Part shown: one piece after another, positions 30,331 through 32,854 of the stretch
How positions within the stretch are numbered: position 1 is the first letter of the stretch
Layout of the letters: every line of letters begins with the position of its first letter
Sequence record: DRR378314_1972
Strand: one strand, 5' to 3'
Length of the DNA: 32,854 bases
The notes under the pieces: generated by a model
The model's input: only the letters and a program-made list of their open reading frames with translations
Databases searched by the model: none
Told to the model about the DNA's origin: nothing
Program-made: the position numbers and the translations under genes

Positions 30331-31750
30331 TTTGGCGAAAGAGATGCTGCGCGACTCTAAACCCAAGTACAAAGCGGTGGTGGCGATGATCCGGGATCAG
30401 ATTGCGGCGGGTGGATTGTCGGTCGGGGACAAGCTGCCGCCGGTGCGCGAATTGGCCTGGCAATTGCAGATCACACCGGGCACCGTGGCCCGCGCCTATA
30501 CAGTATTAACCGACAGCGGCGTTTTACATGCAGAGGTTGGCCGTGGCACATTTGTCAGTGACCCTGCGACGACAATCGAAAAGGAATCCGGTGAATTACC
30601 GTTGAATTTGATCGAGATAGACGTGGTGCGGCACAATTCCGGCGGTGACGTCAACTCGGTAAACCTGTTTTCCCCGCATCTGCCCAATGGCGGTCAGGTG
30701 GAGTTGATACGAAAGCTGATGGGGGAGATTGCAAAGGATCCACCTTCCGGCATCATGCATTATCCTTCGCGACGCAGTGCAGAACCGGCACGTGAAGCGA
30801 TGACACAATGGTTGCACGGTGCCCCCATTGGTCAGATCGACGCCAATGACATTGTATTGTCCCATGGTGGGCAGAACGCAATTGTATTGGTATTCCAAAC
30901 AATTCTGCGGGGCAGGCGGCCTGTGGTTTTTGTTGAGGAATTGGCCTACCCGGGGTTTCGTCGAGCGGCCGAGCTGGTGCGCGCCGATATTGTACCAATC
31001 GCTTGTGACAAGGATGGGATCATTCCCGAAGCCCTGGCTGCTGCCGCAGAACGTCACCCTGAGGCACAGATCCTGTGTACCTCGCCGGAAGTACACAGCC
31101 CGACCTGTGGCTTTACCCCGATGGAGCGGCGGCTGGCACTGGTCAAAGTTGCCCGTAAGGCGGATTTGCAGATCCTAGAGGATGATTGTTACAGGATCGG
31201 GCGCGCCGAGGGGGAGGGGTATCGACTGCTTGCGCCGGAACGCGGCTGGTACGTGAGCTCCCTGTCCAAATCCGTGACACCAGCGCTGCGGATCGGTTGT
31301 GCCATTGGACCCAGAGGCATGTCAGCGGCGCTGCACCGGTCAGCAGAACATGGGTTTTTCGGCTTGGCCACCCCGATGCTCGATCTATGTGCCGCCCTGC
31401 TGGCCCATCCGCAGTTGCCGCAGATCATGGAAAACTCGCGGCTGGGGGTTGAACGATACGTCAAGGTTGCTGTGAACACTTTGGGCGGGTTTGATCTGCG
31501 TTGGCGTCACGATGTGCCATTTCTGTGGTTAAAGTTGCCACAGGGCTGGCGGGCGTCAGCGTTCTGTCTCGCTGCGGAGAAAGCGGGGGTCCAGATCAGG
31601 GCAGCCGAAGAATTTGCCAGCCGCGATGCGCAAAGTCCGCATGCGGTGCGCATGGCGGTGAACGGTGGTGTGTCGCTGCGCAGCTTTGAGGCCGCGATGG
31701 AGCGGTTGCGCCGGCTTCTGGACAATCCGCCGGAAGAAATCGGCGTATAA
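30320..31750 (+). CDS. MocR/GabR-type GntR regulator with PLP-dependent aminotransferase domain
   Basis: GntR wHTH (GDKLPPVRELA...PGTVARAY...GRGTFV) plus a class I aminotransferase domain (ILEDDCY, SSLSKSVTPALRIG). Confidence 0.93.
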   Translation: MSTILAKEMLRDSKPKYKAVVAMIRDQIAAGGLSVGDKLPPVRELAWQLQITPGTVARAYTVLTDSGVLHAEVGRGTFVSDPATTIEKESGELPLNLIEIDVVRHNSGGDVNSVNLFSPHLPNGGQVELIRKLMGEIAKDPPSGIMHYPSRRSAEPAREAMTQWLHGAPIGQIDANDIVLSHGGQNAIVLVFQTILRGRRPVVFVEELAYPGFRRAAELVRADIVPIACDKDGIIPEALAAAAERHPEAQILCTSPEVHSPTCGFTPMERRLALVKVARKADLQILEDDCYRIGRAEGEGYRLLAPERGWYVSSLSKSVTPALRIGCAIGPRGMSAALHRSAEHGFFGLATPMLDLCAALLAHPQLPQIMENSRLGVERYVKVAVNTLGGFDLRWRHDVPFLWLKLPQGWRASAFCLAAEKAGVQIRAAEEFASRDAQSPHAVRMAVNGGVSLRSFEAAMERLRRLLDNPPEEIGV

Positions 31751-31859
31751 TCCACGATCCGGCTCCCGCAGGGCTGCGAAACATGAGTGAAATGTGGGGT
31801 ATTATATTACCTAATTTATATCTTATTGATTTTGCTTATTTAAATCGTGAATGCCGCGC

Positions 31860-31887
31860 TTGACCCTATGCTTTTCCACTATATAAC
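31860..31887 (+). promoter_or_regulatory. Sigma70 promoter of rplM-rpsI
   Basis: TTGACC-N16-TATAAC, preceded by an AT-rich tract (31800-31845). Confidence 0.6.
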
Positions 31888-31949
31888 CCGGCCATCACTA
31901 CGGGGCAGCGGGCTTTGGTCTTTTGCCACACAACTTTTAGGAATGTCCG

Positions 31950-32411
31950 ATGAAAACCTTCTCAGCAACACCGGCTGACATTGACAAGAAATGGATCATC
32001 ATTGACGCCGAAGGCGTCGTGCTGGGCCGTCTTGCGTCTATCGTCGCCACCCGCCTGCGCGGTAAGCACAAGCCTTCTTTCACGCCTCACATGGATTGTG
32101 GTGACAATGTCATCATCATCAATGCTGAAAAGGTCCAGATGACCGGCAAGAAGCGCGATGAAAAATTCTACTGGCACACCGGCCACCCCGGCGGGATCAA
32201 AGAGCGTACCAAGGCACAGATCCTTGAAGGCGCGCACCCAGAGCGTATTGTGACCCTCGCGGTCAAGCGCATGCTGCCCGGCAACCGCCTGAGCCGTCAG
32301 ATCATGACAAACCTGCGCGTATATGCAGGTGCAGAGCATGGTCACGAGGCCCAAAACCCCGAAGTTCTGGACGTTAAGGCCATGAACCCCAAAAACACGC
32401 GGAGTGCATGA
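31950..32411 (+). CDS. rplM: 50S ribosomal protein L13
   Basis: [37 protein letters not shown]. Confidence 0.99.
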   Translation: MKTFSATPADIDKKWIIIDAEGVVLGRLASIVATRLRGKHKPSFTPHMDCGDNVIIINAEKVQMTGKKRDEKFYWHTGHPGGIKERTKAQILEGAHPERIVTLAVKRMLPGNRLSRQIMTNLRVYAGAEHGHEAQNPEVLDVKAMNPKNTRSA

Positions 32412-32413
32412 AG

Positions 32414-32854
32414 ATGTCCGACGAAATCAACACACTCGAAGACCTCGCACAGGTTGCCGGCGTTGCGGCGACACCCGAAGTCGAATTGACCCCACGCGAG
32501 CCCGTTCGTGACGAGCTGGGCCGTTCCTATGCCACTGGTAAGCGTAAAGATGCGGTTGCCCGCGTCTGGATCAAACCCGGTTCCGGTAAGGTTGTTGTAA
32601 ACGGCAAGCCGCAGAATGAATATTTTGCCCGCCCCGTTCTGCAGATGATCCTGGCCCAGCCATTTGGTATCACCGGCACAGAAGGTCAGTTTGACGTTTT
32701 CGCCACGGTCAAGGGCGGCGGTCTGTCCGGTCAGGCCGGTGCGGTAAAGCACGGTGTTTCCAAAGCTTTGCAGCTTTATGATCCCTCTCTGCGTGGCGCA
32801 TTGAAAGCCGCCGGTTTCCTCACACGCGACAGCCGCGTTGTGGAACGTAAGAAA
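32414..32854 (+). CDS. rpsI: 30S ribosomal protein S9, truncated by the window edge
   Basis: Manual translation from ATG 32414: ...[13 protein letters not shown]...[11 protein letters not shown]...[14 protein letters not shown]. Confidence 0.98.
   Translation, partial: MSDEINTLEDLAQVAGVAATPEVELTPREPVRDELGRSYATGKRKDAVARVWIKPGSGKVVVNGKPQNEYFARPVLQMILAQPFGITGTEGQFDVFATVKGGGLSGQAGAVKHGVSKALQLYDPSLRGALKAAGFLTRDSRVVERKK

Noticed and set aside
31800-31845. AT-rich tract before rplM as foreign DNA or an IHF site
   Set aside because: It is short and consistent with an upstream element of a strong ribosomal protein promoter. The IHF consensus match is imperfect.

Overview
This 32.9 kb window is core chromosome from an alphaproteobacterium. 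The gene order and the sciP-ctrA-ligA-recG block point to Rhodobacterales, probably the Roseobacter group (inference). From left to right it holds a truncated peptide/nickel-type ABC transporter operon, an AraC regulator, miaA, the pyrH-frr-uppS-cdsA-dxr-rseP-bamA-skp-fabZ-lpxA-lpxI-lpxB envelope cluster, mnmA, sciP-ctrA-ligA-recG, an IscU-like scaffold, hisI, gluQ, a methyltransferase, trmFO, an enoyl-CoA hydratase and a thioesterase. It ends with a divergent DUF1127/MocR pair and rplM-rpsI. I found no transposase, phage gene, CRISPR array, tRNA or rRNA. The most interesting signals are intergenic and lie below the ORF-track cutoff. (1) Downstream of recG is a 42-aa single-TM microprotein gene (24110-24238). 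It is preceded by a perfect alphaproteobacterial LexA box and a CtrA-like box and followed by a ~175-nt highly structured 3' region. It is a candidate SOS-induced division inhibitor (SidA-like) or type I toxin. (2) Between rseP and bamA is a 41-aa membrane microprotein gene (10748-10873) with its own terminator and a phased GCC-repeat upstream region. (3) Upstream of trmFO is a candidate sRNA or structured leader with C/U-rich anti-SD-like loops. (4) There are two diverged copies of a REP-like element. All functional calls for these four are inference from sequence alone.
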